In this document: one piece after another, positions 1-9,650 of the stretch
Position numbering within the stretch: the stretch's first letter is position 1
Layout: each line of letters starts with the position of its first letter
NCBI GenBank assembly: GCA_963662655.2
Contig: CAXXTU010000002.1
Coordinates: 3,328,001 to 3,392,000 of the forward strand
DNA length: 64,000 bases
Origin: Candidatus Cloacimonadales bacterium
Lineage (GTDB): Bacteria > Cloacimonadota > Cloacimonadia > Cloacimonadales > JAIOQZ01
Direction of reading: 5' to 3'
Notes under the pieces: generated by a model
The model's input: only the letters and a program-made list of their open reading frames with translations
Database searches by the model: none
What the model was told of the DNA's origin: nothing
Translations under genes and position numbers: made by a program

Positions 1-858
1 TACATCGATAACCCAGATATCGTTTGTTCCACTGCGATTCGAATTGAACGCGATTTTATCGCCAGCTTGATTCCAGCATGAATTGCAGTCGTTCGCGTTA
101 TCTTCAATCAGCGGCATGAAAATGGGGTTTTGAGGATCCTGCAAATCTGCAACCCAGATATCGCCATTCCCGTTGCGCTCCGTGTAGAAGGAGAGCCAGC
201 GCGAATCGGGCGACCAGCATTCGGGTTTGTCCATACCGGAAGCTTCTGTGAGGCGGGTGGTCTGCATGGTATTGAGGTTCATCAGCATGATCTCGGGATC
301 GCCGTAGCGATCGCTCGTGAAGGCCAGCCAGTTGCCATCTCTTGATGCGACGGGCGCGCGATCTTCGGCGGGGTTATCGGTTATTTGAATCGCGTCGCAA
401 ACCGAGACGCTCTTGCGCTTGATTTCCCAGTTATTGTTGTCCATCAAGACTTCGAAGAAGATGGCGGATCCATCGTAGCTCCAGCAGAAAGCGCCTTCTT
501 CCATTTCGCCATCGCAGAGGGTTTGTGCCTCGTCGCCTTCGATGGGCTGAAACCATATTTTCGGTTGTCCGCTGCGTCCGGAATTGAACGCGATATGTTG
601 TCCGTCTGGAGAGAATGCCGGATACATGTCATAGCTTTCACTATTGATATAGATATCCTGAAAGTTGCCATCGCAACCGATCAGGAAGATGTGATTTGAA
701 GCGTAAAGATCAGATGTAAAAGCCAGGCACTCGCCATTGGGTGCCCAGGCTGGATCCCAGTCGTCCGTTGGGTAATCGAAGATTCTTGTTTCAACAGCCA
801 TTAATACACTTGAAAGGCATACAATAAGTATGAGTGCGAATGAATTTGCCTTACGCAT
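1..858 (-). CDS. Secreted TolB-like beta-propeller (PD40/WD40-like repeat) protein, truncated by window start
   Basis: Not in the ORF track because it runs off the edge. Manual translation from ATG 858, with AGGAGG upstream: MRKANSFALILIVCLSSVLMA (signal peptide), then repeats DWDPAWAPNGECLAFTS and DMYPAFSPDGQHIAFNS. Confidence 0.85.
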   Translation of the reverse strand, partial: MRKANSFALILIVCLSSVLMAVETRIFDYPTDDWDPAWAPNGECLAFTSDLYASNHIFLIGCDGNFQDIYINSESYDMYPAFSPDGQHIAFNSGRSGQPKIWFQPIEGDEAQTLCDGEMEEGAFCWSYDGSAIFFEVLMDNNNWEIKRKSVSVCDAIQITDNPAEDRAPVASRDGNWLAFTSDRYGDPEIMLMNLNTMQTTRLTEASGMDKPECWSPDSRWLSFYTERNGNGDIWVADLQDPQNPIFMPLIEDNANDCNSCWNQAGDKIAFNSNRSGTNDIWVIDV

Positions 859-1152
859 AATTCCTCCTTGTTTTTCAAACTCATTATGCCTCAGAGCTGC
901 CTATACCGTTCGTATTTTGTAATATGCAACATGGATGCCAAATGTCGTTCAGTGGGAGAACACGCTGAAAACAGGTCGTGTCAGGCTCAATTCAGGTGAC
1001 TATATTTTGTTGTAAGGCAAAGGAATGTGTCGTAATCGGACGATGCTGCACGAATAACATGAAGGTTTATTCGATATAGGGTTTCTGATTGAATATCATT
1101 CTGGAAATCATCAGTATGATATACCGGTATATAATAATGTGTTTTTCAGGTG

Positions 1153-1290
1153 ATTGCTTACCGGCGGGGCATCTTCGCCCGATTCCCCCTAACCCCGTGG
1201 ATATACCACGGTTCCGTAAAGGTAGTAATAGAAGAAATCCTCCACCGTGAAACACCACGGGGTTAGGGGGAATCGAACGAATCTGCTCCC
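1153..1290 (-). repeat. Structured hairpin element family A, copy 1
   Basis: Perfect 20-bp inverted repeat 1181-1200/1255-1274, flanked by motifs shared with 13171-13300 and 41459-41593. Confidence 0.85.
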
Positions 1291-1298
1291 GCCTCGAG

Positions 1299-2570
1299 CT
1301 AATCATCATCGGTTTTTTTCTTCGATTCCATTTCTTCGGCGATGTAGTTTTTCATACCGAAGCTGAGGGCGGGTTTATCGATAGGCCTGTACTGGTATGT
1401 ATCTGAACGGGAGTCCCCGATGCGTATGGAGGCATCTCCGTAGCGTTTTTTAATGATGTCGACGGCCTTTGCCATCCGTACCTTTTTTTCGTCGAAATCG
1501 GGGAAAATCCTTAGCTGAAGGGGTTCCTCGTCGAAGGAGAGGTTGGTAACGCCCACTCCGACCAGGCGCAATCGAGCGGGTTCGAAGTGAACGTTATCGA
1601 ACAGGCTGACGATCTCGGTATAAAGGTCGGTCTCGAAGAAGATTTTATGGTCGAGCGTGCGGTGGTATTGATGTGTCTCGAAACCGTGCGTTCGCAAAGT
1701 AAGCCGGACAGTTCTTGCCACGGCTCCATGCTTTCTCATCCGGAAGGCGACTTTATGAACGAGCGAAAGGAGAACCTTTTTCAGGAAGACGCGATTGTTG
1801 GTGGCTTCGTAGAGTGTCGTTTCATTGCTTATCGACTTCGGTTTCTCCGATTCTCGAACCGAAACGACTTCCGAGAAGTCCTGTCCAATGGCGAGATTGT
1901 GGAGGTGCGTTCCCATAACGCCGAATTTTCTGCGCAAGACGTCTACCGGGTATTTTGCCAGTTCGCCTGCCGTGTAGATTCCAAGGAAGTTAAGCTTCTC
2001 CGTTGTTTTGGGCCCCACGCCGAAAAGCTGCTGAACGGGGAGGTTTTCGAGCAGATCCGAAACATCCTCGGGATGGATGACGTAGATGCCGTCCGGTTTT
2101 GCGAGTCGACTGGCCAGCTTGGCGAGCGTTTTGTTGGGGGCAATCCCTACGGAGCTAGGAAGGCGAAGCTCTTCGCGGATCGATGAGCGAATGCCCTCGC
2201 CAATTGCCTCCAGCGAGCCGAACAGCCGGATGCATCCGGAGACATCCAGGAACATCTCGTCGACCGAGAAAGGTTCCACCACGGGGGAGAAGCGATTGCA
2301 TATCTCCACGATTTTCATAGAGGCATAGACGTACTTGCCGTGACTGCCGGAGATGTATATGCCGTTCGGGCAGAGCCTCCGCGCATCGAGAACCGACATC
2401 CCGGAGTGGCATCCGTACTTGCGAGCCTCGTAAGAACAGGTGGTAACGACTCCCTTCTGGGTGTGCGATCCCGCAATGAGCACCGGCTTGCCTGCCAGCT
2501 GCGGATTGTCCCTGATCTCAATGGAGGCGAAAAAGGCGTCCATATCGATCAATGCTATGTAGCGTTGCAT
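1299..2570 (-). CDS. dinB: DNA polymerase IV (Y family)
   Basis: Motifs IDMDAFFASIE, SYEARKYG, SVDEMFLD, GIAPNKTLAKLAS. Confidence 0.95.
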   Translation of the reverse strand: MQRYIALIDMDAFFASIEIRDNPQLAGKPVLIAGSHTQKGVVTTCSYEARKYGCHSGMSVLDARRLCPNGIYISGSHGKYVYASMKIVEICNRFSPVVEPFSVDEMFLDVSGCIRLFGSLEAIGEGIRSSIREELRLPSSVGIAPNKTLAKLASRLAKPDGIYVIHPEDVSDLLENLPVQQLFGVGPKTTEKLNFLGIYTAGELAKYPVDVLRRKFGVMGTHLHNLAIGQDFSEVVSVRESEKPKSISNETTLYEATNNRVFLKKVLLSLVHKVAFRMRKHGAVARTVRLTLRTHGFETHQYHRTLDHKIFFETDLYTEIVSLFDNVHFEPARLRLVGVGVTNLSFDEEPLQLRIFPDFDEKKVRMAKAVDIIKKRYGDASIRIGDSRSDTYQYRPIDKPALSFGMKNYIAEEMESKKKTDDD

Positions 2571-2893
2571 GGTTCGTATCTCTGTTATAAATCCCCGTTA
2601 CGATCAAATGGTAAATGTATCGTCCTTCAATAATAATAATCTGTGAGCTAAAACGCTGTCAATGGTTTTTTCGTGTGAAATTACGAGTTGCCGTTTTCAC
2701 GCCTACCGTGTGAAATCTCACGGATTTGAAAAAATATTTCACTAACAAATCCAGCCAAAATCGGTGAAATCCAATGGGGGCCCGATCGTTTAACTTGTCG
2801 ATCACGAATGGGTTATCGCTTATATGCGAATGTAACTGTAATTATATTCACATGTTAGGATGCGATGAGGAATGGAATTCATAAAAAATGTGA

Positions 2894-2967
2894 TTGACAG
2901 ATCATGCATATAACAAAAGGGTGTTCGAAAATAGAATAGTAGAAATTACTATATGCGAAAATTCTAT
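2894..2967 (+). promoter_or_regulatory. Putative promoter and palindromic operator of the PadR-RND operon
   Basis: TTGACA at 2894-2899; ATAGTA-N5-TACTAT at 2936-2952; outer ATAGAAT/ATTCTAT pair at 2931/2961. Confidence 0.5.
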
Positions 2968-3009
2968 GAGATTCATTCGCTTTTAATAAAAAGGTGTGGA
3001 GGAATCGGT

Positions 3010-3573
3010 ATGTCGAGAGTCCATCTGGTCGTTCTGGGAATGCTCAAAGAGAAACCCATGTACGGATACGAATTCAAGTACTTCATCGAGGAGCGCAGCC
3101 TTGAGCATTGGGCGCGAATCAATCTTCCGGCGGTATACAAGGCGTTGCAAGCGCTGGAAGAGAAGGGGTACGTCTCCGGCAAGAAGGAGATCGAGGGCAA
3201 CAACCCGCCGCGAACGGTTTATCACATAACCGAGTCTGGCAGCAGGTACATGAGCAGGATGGTGATCAAGAACTTGAAGCACCCGAAGAACAAGCCTGAT
3301 TTTTGGGTGGCAATTGCTTTTATGCTCGGTACGATTGAATATGAGACGGCGAGAGCGCTGATCCAGCGTCAGCTTGGTATTGAAGAAAACATTCACAGGA
3401 AAATCTTGTTTGATTCGATGAAGAAACAAAGTGGAATTCCGTTTAACGGAAAGATATTGATGGAGCTTGGCCTTGGCTTTCACGAGACGGAGAAACGTTG
3501 TTTGTCGAGGCTCCTCGAGGAGATGGCCAAACCGGAAAATAGACAATTATTTATCAGTGAGGGAACAAAATGA
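3010..3573 (+). CDS. PadR-family transcriptional regulator
   Basis: VLGMLKEKPMYGYE...VYKALQALEEKGYV...PPRTVYHITESG; GGAGG precedes ATG 3010. Confidence 0.9.
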   Translation: MSRVHLVVLGMLKEKPMYGYEFKYFIEERSLEHWARINLPAVYKALQALEEKGYVSGKKEIEGNNPPRTVYHITESGSRYMSRMVIKNLKHPKNKPDFWVAIAFMLGTIEYETARALIQRQLGIEENIHRKILFDSMKKQSGIPFNGKILMELGLGFHETEKRCLSRLLEEMAKPENRQLFISEGTK

Positions 3574-4916
3574 AAAGGTTAATCATTATACTTCTTATGG
3601 GGCTTGCATCGATGTTCATGTATGCCCTTACATTGGAAGAAGCCAGAGAACTGGCGATGGAACACAACCCGGAGTTGAAGGCTGAGTACCACTCGATGCA
3701 GGCGTCGAAGTGGAATTACCGCAGCTCTCTGATGTCGCTGTTTCCCAGCGCGACACTCAACGGAAACTACGGTAAACTCGACAAAAAAAAGAAGTCACAG
3801 GTCGGTACCGACAGCATGGATAATCCGCTCTATTTCGAGTACGACGAGACCAAGAACTACGGCGTCACGGTTATACAGCCCATCTTCAACGGTGGGAAAA
3901 TATGGCTCGGAGCGCGGATCAGCGGCGATGCAGCCAGGATCAGCGAAAGCGCTTATGCGAGTAAACGCTTGAATGTCCTGAGCGAAACCGAATCGAAGTA
4001 CTACACGGTGCTGGAAAACCAGGAGCTTGTGCAGATCGCCAGAAAGAGCCTTGAATCGGCCCAGCAGAATCTCGATCGCGCGCAAGTACGGTACGAAACC
4101 GGCACGCTCTCACGTGCGGACATTCTGAATATGCAATCGGAGCTTGCGTCCAAGGATCTGCAGTTGATCCAGATGGAGAACGTGCTCTCGCTCAGCCGGT
4201 TCGATCTGGCGAACTACCTTCAGATCGAAAAGGTGGATGATCTGCAGCCCATCGGCAGCGAAGAATACGAGCCGGAGATCGAGCAAGTGCGCCAGATTCT
4301 CAACGGCGGCTGGGAAGCGATGATCGAGAAGATCATCGAGCTGGGCATGGAAAACAACTTCAGCGTCAAAATGGCGCAACGCCAGGTCAACATGAACAGC
4401 AAATCGCTCCTGATGGCGGAAGGCAATTTTCTGCCGTCGGTCAATCTGCAATACTCCCGAAGCTGGAGCGCAGTTGAGGACGAAGATTTCGAAAGGGACG
4501 GCCAACTGATGCTCACAGCTTCCATGCCGATCTTCCCGCTGGTGGACAACGCCTCGGACGTGATCAAGGCCAAGCACGACAAGCGGAACGCGGAGTATAG
4601 CTTCCGCTCGACGGAGGACGGAATCCGCACGGCGCTACGAAGCGCGGTTTATAACCTGATTACCGCGGCGAAGTCGGTGCGTGCGTCCAAGCTCGCGCTG
4701 GACTACGCCGAAGAGACTTACGAGCAGATGCAGGAACGATTCAACAACGAGCTGATCACGACCTCCGATCTTCTGGACTCGGAAGTGATGCTCACGTCCG
4801 CTCGCTCGAACTACGCATCGAGTTTCTACGACTACCTGCGCTATCGTTCCACCCTGCTGGAGCTCATGGGCACGGAGGACGACGCGGCGCTCACAGAAGT
4901 TATCAAAGGTGAATAA
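3570..4916 (+). CDS. TolC-family outer membrane efflux protein
   Basis: Signal peptide, LTLEEARELAMEHNP, two helical repeats, operon context. Confidence 0.9.
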   Translation: MKRLIIILLMGLASMFMYALTLEEARELAMEHNPELKAEYHSMQASKWNYRSSLMSLFPSATLNGNYGKLDKKKKSQVGTDSMDNPLYFEYDETKNYGVTVIQPIFNGGKIWLGARISGDAARISESAYASKRLNVLSETESKYYTVLENQELVQIARKSLESAQQNLDRAQVRYETGTLSRADILNMQSELASKDLQLIQMENVLSLSRFDLANYLQIEKVDDLQPIGSEEYEPEIEQVRQILNGGWEAMIEKIIELGMENNFSVKMAQRQVNMNSKSLLMAEGNFLPSVNLQYSRSWSAVEDEDFERDGQLMLTASMPIFPLVDNASDVIKAKHDKRNAEYSFRSTEDGIRTALRSAVYNLITAAKSVRASKLALDYAEETYEQMQERFNNELITTSDLLDSEVMLTSARSNYASSFYDYLRYRSTLLELMGTEDDAALTEVIKGE

Positions 4917-6031
4917 TGGAGGAAAAAGTGAATAAGGTAAAATATATCATCATCGCCATCATCGCAATCGCCCTGCTGGCAGGTTGCGTGAAGAAAGGCG
5001 GAGAAGCGGCTCCCCAGCAGAAAGAGGAAGCCGAACTGAAGGTGCCGGTTCTGATTGAAACAGTGCAACCCCGCAATCTGGATCGCTTCGTACGGGTTTC
5101 CGGAAAGCTGGAAGGTATCCAAGACATCAGCATGATCAGCGAGACAGCCGGCAAGGTTGTGGAGATCGAGAAGAAGCTGGGCGATTGGGTCGAAAAAGGG
5201 GAACCGATTGGTCGCGTGGATAACACGGATTACCGGATCATGCTGGATCAGGCAAACGCAAACCTGCTCTCGGCGCAAGCTCAGTACGAGGCTGCGGAAG
5301 CATCCTTCCAGGCCACAGAGAACCTATACAACAGTGAGAAGGTTTCTCGCGTGGAATACGTGAGTTCGAAAGCGAGCCTCAAGGGCGCGCTGGCGCAACT
5401 GGAAGGTGCACGGGCGGGTGTTGAAAGCGCTCAGAAGGCGTACGACAACTCACGCTTCCTCGCTCCGATATCAGGCTACATAACTTATCTTCCCATCGAG
5501 ATAGGGCAGTTTGTCTCGGGAGGGCAGGCTGTGTGCAACATCGTGAACTCGAAACGGCTCATCGTGAAGACGGGCGTGAACGAGAGCGATATCATCTACA
5601 TGAAACGGGGCCAGAAGGCGAATATCCGTCACCTCGAAAACGGAGCACAATACGAAGGCCGGATCACGGGCGTGGGCATCAGCCCGGTCGAGGGATCGGC
5701 GACCTATCCTGTGGAGATCGAGGTCGACAATCAGGATGGGAAGCTATACCCGGGGATGGTCATCGAAGCGAATATCCTCAGCAAGACCTACGAGAACGTC
5801 TTCTACACAGCGCTGAACAACGTGAAGGTCAATTACGACGTGGAATACGTGTTCGTCGTGGGAAGCGATAGCCGTGCCTTACAGCGCAAGGTGAAACTCG
5901 GGCGGAAGGTCGAGGAAAACGTGCTGATCGTCGAAGGCCTGAACGAAGGCGATCGTCTGGTAACCGAAGGCGTGGATAATCTTGAAGACGGGACACTCAT
6001 TGAAATCCGGCAAGCAGTTTCCGGAAGTTAA
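4916..6031 (+). CDS. RND efflux periplasmic adaptor (MFP), lipoprotein
   Basis: Lipobox LLAGC; lipoyl-like halves GKVVEIEKKLGDWVEKGEPIG and APISGYI; LYPGM motif. Confidence 0.92.
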   Translation: MEEKVNKVKYIIIAIIAIALLAGCVKKGGEAAPQQKEEAELKVPVLIETVQPRNLDRFVRVSGKLEGIQDISMISETAGKVVEIEKKLGDWVEKGEPIGRVDNTDYRIMLDQANANLLSAQAQYEAAEASFQATENLYNSEKVSRVEYVSSKASLKGALAQLEGARAGVESAQKAYDNSRFLAPISGYITYLPIEIGQFVSGGQAVCNIVNSKRLIVKTGVNESDIIYMKRGQKANIRHLENGAQYEGRITGVGISPVEGSATYPVEIEVDNQDGKLYPGMVIEANILSKTYENVFYTALNNVKVNYDVEYVFVVGSDSRALQRKVKLGRKVEENVLIVEGLNEGDRLVTEGVDNLEDGTLIEIRQAVSGS

Positions 6032-6049
6032 TGCATCGAAGGAGTGAGA

Positions 6050-9000
6050 ATGTCTATTGTAAAATTTTCAGTAGGTAATCCGGTACTGGTGAACATGATC
6101 ATGATCATCGTGTTCATCGTGGGTATCGGGACCATGCAGCAAATCCCCAAGGAAGAGATGCCGGCGGTCGATTTTGGTTCGTTTATCATTATCGTGACCT
6201 ATCCTGGCGTTTCGCCTTCGGAGATCGAGCAGCTCGTGGTCAATGAGATAGAAGAAGAAATATCGGATGTGGACGATATCGATTTCATGACATCCACGGC
6301 ATCGGAAGGTCGGGCGGTTATCTTTGTGAACTTCCTGCCGGATGCCGATATCGACAAAGCCTGGGATGATCTGAACACTGAGCTCGACAAGGTGAACGAC
6401 CTGCCCGAGGACGCGCAGGATCCCATGGTTATCAAGCTGAACATGCGCGAAGTGAATCCGATCTGTTCGATCGTGCTGGGCGGTGATTTTACGGGCAACG
6501 GTATTCGCGAGATCGCTGAGGACCTCCGGGATGAAATCCTGGATATGGATAACATCTCCAAGGCGGATATCTATGGAACGCGTCAACGGCAGATATGGGT
6601 TGAGGGAAACCTGCCCAAGCTGGATCAGTACGGTATTACGCTGGATGATCTGACCACCGCGATTCAGATGCGGAACATGAACGTCCCGGGCGGAACAATC
6701 GAGTTCGGCAAGGCCGAATTCATTGTGCGTACAAAGGGCGAATTCGAGACCACGGAAGAGATTGCAGACCTCTTGATCTCGATGGACAGCAACGGTAGAG
6801 CCGTGCATTTGCGGGATGTTGCAGCGGTGATCGATACGCTCGAGGAGCGAACAATTATCTCCAAGCTGGATATGAAGCAGGCTGTCACGCTGTACGTATA
6901 CAAGAAGGCGGAAGGCAACATCATTGCCGTCAACGAGAAGATTCAGGAGAAGATCGACGACTTCAAGAGTACGGTGCCGGGTTTGCAGGCGACAATGCGT
7001 AACGATGGATCGATCGAGGTAAAAAACTCGCTTTCGACCCTGGGAAACAACGCGCTGTTCGGCGTGGCCCTCGTGTTTGTGCTCCTGTTCATTTTCATTG
7101 GAGTTCGCAACGCGCTATATGCCAGTATCGGTATTCCGTTCAGCTTCCTGCTCACGTTCATCATGATGCGCTATCTGGACATGACGATGAACTCGCTTTC
7201 GTTGTTCGGGCTTGTCCTGGTACTGGGTATGATCGTGGACGACGCGATCATCGTTCTGGAAAACGTGTATCGCCATATCGAGATGGGCTATTCGGCGAAG
7301 GAAGCGGCCGTTATCGGTACCCAGCAGATCATGTGGCCGGTTATTGCCGCCGTCAGCACGACTGCGGCAGCCTTCATGCCGATGGTGATGATGGAAGGCA
7401 TGATGGGTAAGTTCATGCGGGTGTTTCCTATCGTGGTATCGCTCGCGCTGCTCGCGTCGCTTTTTGAGAGCCTGGTTATTCTGCCATCGCATATAGCGGA
7501 GTGGGACGGACTTTTCCGCAGGAAGAAGAAGGGCGAGCATCCGCAACCTGAGGGACAGCCGAAGAAGAAGAACAAGGTTATGACTTTTCTTCTCAGACGG
7601 TACACAAAGGTGCTGAAGGCCGCGCTTTGTCACCGTTGGATAACGCTGGGCATCGTGCTGCTTTCCATTGTTCTTACGGCTGTCATGATGATGAATATCC
7701 AGTTCGAGTTCTTCCCGAAAACCCAGTCGAAGACGATCGTTCTTCAGGTTAAAACACCGGTGGGCACCAATCTGGATACCACGAACGGCGTTGTTACCAG
7801 GATCGAGTCGTTCATTCTGGAAATGGAGGAAAGCGCTGACGTGGAGGCGATCGTTACGACAGTCGGAATGATGGAGGACAATCACCGGATGGAAACGATG
7901 ACCTCCAATGCCGAGTTGAGAATCGATCTGGTCGAATTGAACGACATGAAATACACGCACGAGCAGATCAAGGCCACGATCCGCGATTACCTTGAAGAAT
8001 TGCCCGGTGTGTACAGCTACAACTTCACGGAGCCGACCGATGGCCCCCCAACGGGCTCCGATATCGAAATCAGGGTCAGGGGCGATAATCTGGATCGCCT
8101 GGAATACCTTGCGCAGATTGTTCAGAACGAGCTCCAGAAGATACCAGGCGTTGCCGATATCAGGGATTCGTTCCAACCGGGTAAGGACGAGATCGTAATC
8201 AAGCCGTACCACGACAAGTTAGCCATGTACGATCTCAGCGTCGTGCAGGTCGCAAGTATGATCCGCACCGCCGTCTACGGGAGCGAAGTGTCCGAGTACC
8301 GCGGTTCCGGCAACGATGAATTCGATATTGTCGTTCGGGCGAAAGACAGCCAGATCGACAAGCTCGACGACCTGGAGAATCTGAAGATCAGGACTCGTAC
8401 GGGTAGCCTGGTAGCGCTCAAGGACCTTGCTAGACTCGACAACGAGGAAGGTCTGGCGGAAATCTCTCACCGCGACCAAAAGCGCATTGTGACGATCACT
8501 GCCGAGAATAGCAATTATGAGCTGGATGGGCAGATGAAGAAGCGGACGACCTCGGAAGTGATGGCTACTCTGTTCGGCAACAAGCTTCGTGGAACTAGGG
8601 GAACCCTGAGCAATTTCGAGAGCCGTTTCCCTGGTTACCAGATCGAGTCGGGCGGCGTCGCGGAAGAGCAGGCGAAATCGTATGCATCCCTGGGAAGGGC
8701 GTTCTTTGTAGCTCTCCTGTTGATCTTCACGATTCTTGCTGCCCAGTTCCGTTCGTACGTGCAGCCGCTGATCGTTATGCTGACGATTCCATTCAGCTTT
8801 GTCGGCGTGGTGTTCGGCTTGTTCGTGACCGGCTTGCCTTTCTCGCTCGGTACGCTGGTGGCGGTTGTAGCGCTCGCCGGCGTGGTTGTTAACGACTCGC
8901 TGGTGCTGGTCGATTTCGTCAACCATGAGCGCGAGCGCGGCATCAATCGCTGGCAATCATTGATCAACGCTGGGCGGACCCGCCTGAGGCCGATTATCCT

Positions 9001-9262
9001 CACGACGATTACGACGATTTTCGGCGTCTTGCCGATGGTGCTTTCGACCTCGCAGGCAGCGCAGGAGTGGAAACCGATTGCCGTCAGTATGATGTTCGGG
9101 CTCGGTTTTGCGACCATGCTGACGCTGCTGGTGATTCCTGTGTTCTACTCGTTCGTCGATTCGATCTTCGGCAGGATCGGCGTGACGAGATTCAAAACAC
9201 ACATCAGCTTCAAGCAGGCAATGGAAGAGGCCATGGAAAAAGGCTGGGACGAAGAAGACTGA
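6050..9262 (+). CDS. RND efflux permease (AcrB/AcrD/AcrF family)
   Basis: ~1070 aa; GMIVDDAIIVLEN and RLRPIILTT motifs. Confidence 0.95.
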   Translation: MSIVKFSVGNPVLVNMIMIIVFIVGIGTMQQIPKEEMPAVDFGSFIIIVTYPGVSPSEIEQLVVNEIEEEISDVDDIDFMTSTASEGRAVIFVNFLPDADIDKAWDDLNTELDKVNDLPEDAQDPMVIKLNMREVNPICSIVLGGDFTGNGIREIAEDLRDEILDMDNISKADIYGTRQRQIWVEGNLPKLDQYGITLDDLTTAIQMRNMNVPGGTIEFGKAEFIVRTKGEFETTEEIADLLISMDSNGRAVHLRDVAAVIDTLEERTIISKLDMKQAVTLYVYKKAEGNIIAVNEKIQEKIDDFKSTVPGLQATMRNDGSIEVKNSLSTLGNNALFGVALVFVLLFIFIGVRNALYASIGIPFSFLLTFIMMRYLDMTMNSLSLFGLVLVLGMIVDDAIIVLENVYRHIEMGYSAKEAAVIGTQQIMWPVIAAVSTTAAAFMPMVMMEGMMGKFMRVFPIVVSLALLASLFESLVILPSHIAEWDGLFRRKKKGEHPQPEGQPKKKNKVMTFLLRRYTKVLKAALCHRWITLGIVLLSIVLTAVMMMNIQFEFFPKTQSKTIVLQVKTPVGTNLDTTNGVVTRIESFILEMEESADVEAIVTTVGMMEDNHRMETMTSNAELRIDLVELNDMKYTHEQIKATIRDYLEELPGVYSYNFTEPTDGPPTGSDIEIRVRGDNLDRLEYLAQIVQNELQKIPGVADIRDSFQPGKDEIVIKPYHDKLAMYDLSVVQVASMIRTAVYGSEVSEYRGSGNDEFDIVVRAKDSQIDKLDDLENLKIRTRTGSLVALKDLARLDNEEGLAEISHRDQKRIVTITAENSNYELDGQMKKRTTSEVMATLFGNKLRGTRGTLSNFESRFPGYQIESGGVAEEQAKSYASLGRAFFVALLLIFTILAAQFRSYVQPLIVMLTIPFSFVGVVFGLFVTGLPFSLGTLVAVVALAGVVVNDSLVLVDFVNHERERGINRWQSLINAGRTRLRPIILTTITTIFGVLPMVLSTSQAAQEWKPIAVSMMFGLGFATMLTLLVIPVFYSFVDSIFGRIGVTRFKTHISFKQAMEEAMEKGWDEED

Positions 9263-9280
9263 TCCGGTCATACATATTGA

Positions 9281-9306
9281 AGGGGAGCAAGCGCTCCCCT
9301 TTTTTT
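9281..9306 (+). terminator. Intrinsic terminator after RND operon
   Basis: AGGGGAGC-aagc-GCTCCCCT followed by a T run. Confidence 0.85.
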
Positions 9307-9330
9307 ATAGCATGGGAGATGATGATTCGG

Positions 9331-9525
9331 TGCACGACTCAGCGCGGCGGGGCGGCGCGTGTGCGGAGCACACAAAACTGAATCGAAGCGCTGCCGGCGG
9401 CTTCGATTCAGTTTAAGAAAGCCCTGAATCCCGACGCGTTCTCCGGAATGAGTTTACAATGGGTTGCAGAACGCGTCATGGGATTGGGCTTTCTGCGCCG
9501 CCCCGCCGCGCAGGGGGTACGTGCA
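9331..9525. repeat. Multibranch inverted-repeat element family B, copy 1
   Basis: 17-bp perfect IR GCGCGGCGGGGCGGCGC at 9342-9358/9495-9511 enclosing further hairpins; related element at 49427-49637. Confidence 0.75.
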
Positions 9526-9650
9526 GGTAAACGATGGTTGTCGCTTCCGGAATTTGTGGGGATGCAGGTTACGATAGATTGCACCTTTTACTTGACATTT
9601 TGTAAGGCATTTGAGTCTGTAAAAAAGGAGAAAAGTATAAGGAAAAAGTA

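Noticed and set aside
1153..1290. Family A as integron attC sites or simple terminators
   Set aside because: No RYYYAAC/GTTRRRY ends, no cassette array or integrase, and no U-tract after the stem.
2571..2700. LexA/SOS box upstream of dinB
   Set aside because: No convincing palindrome matching a LexA motif I know.
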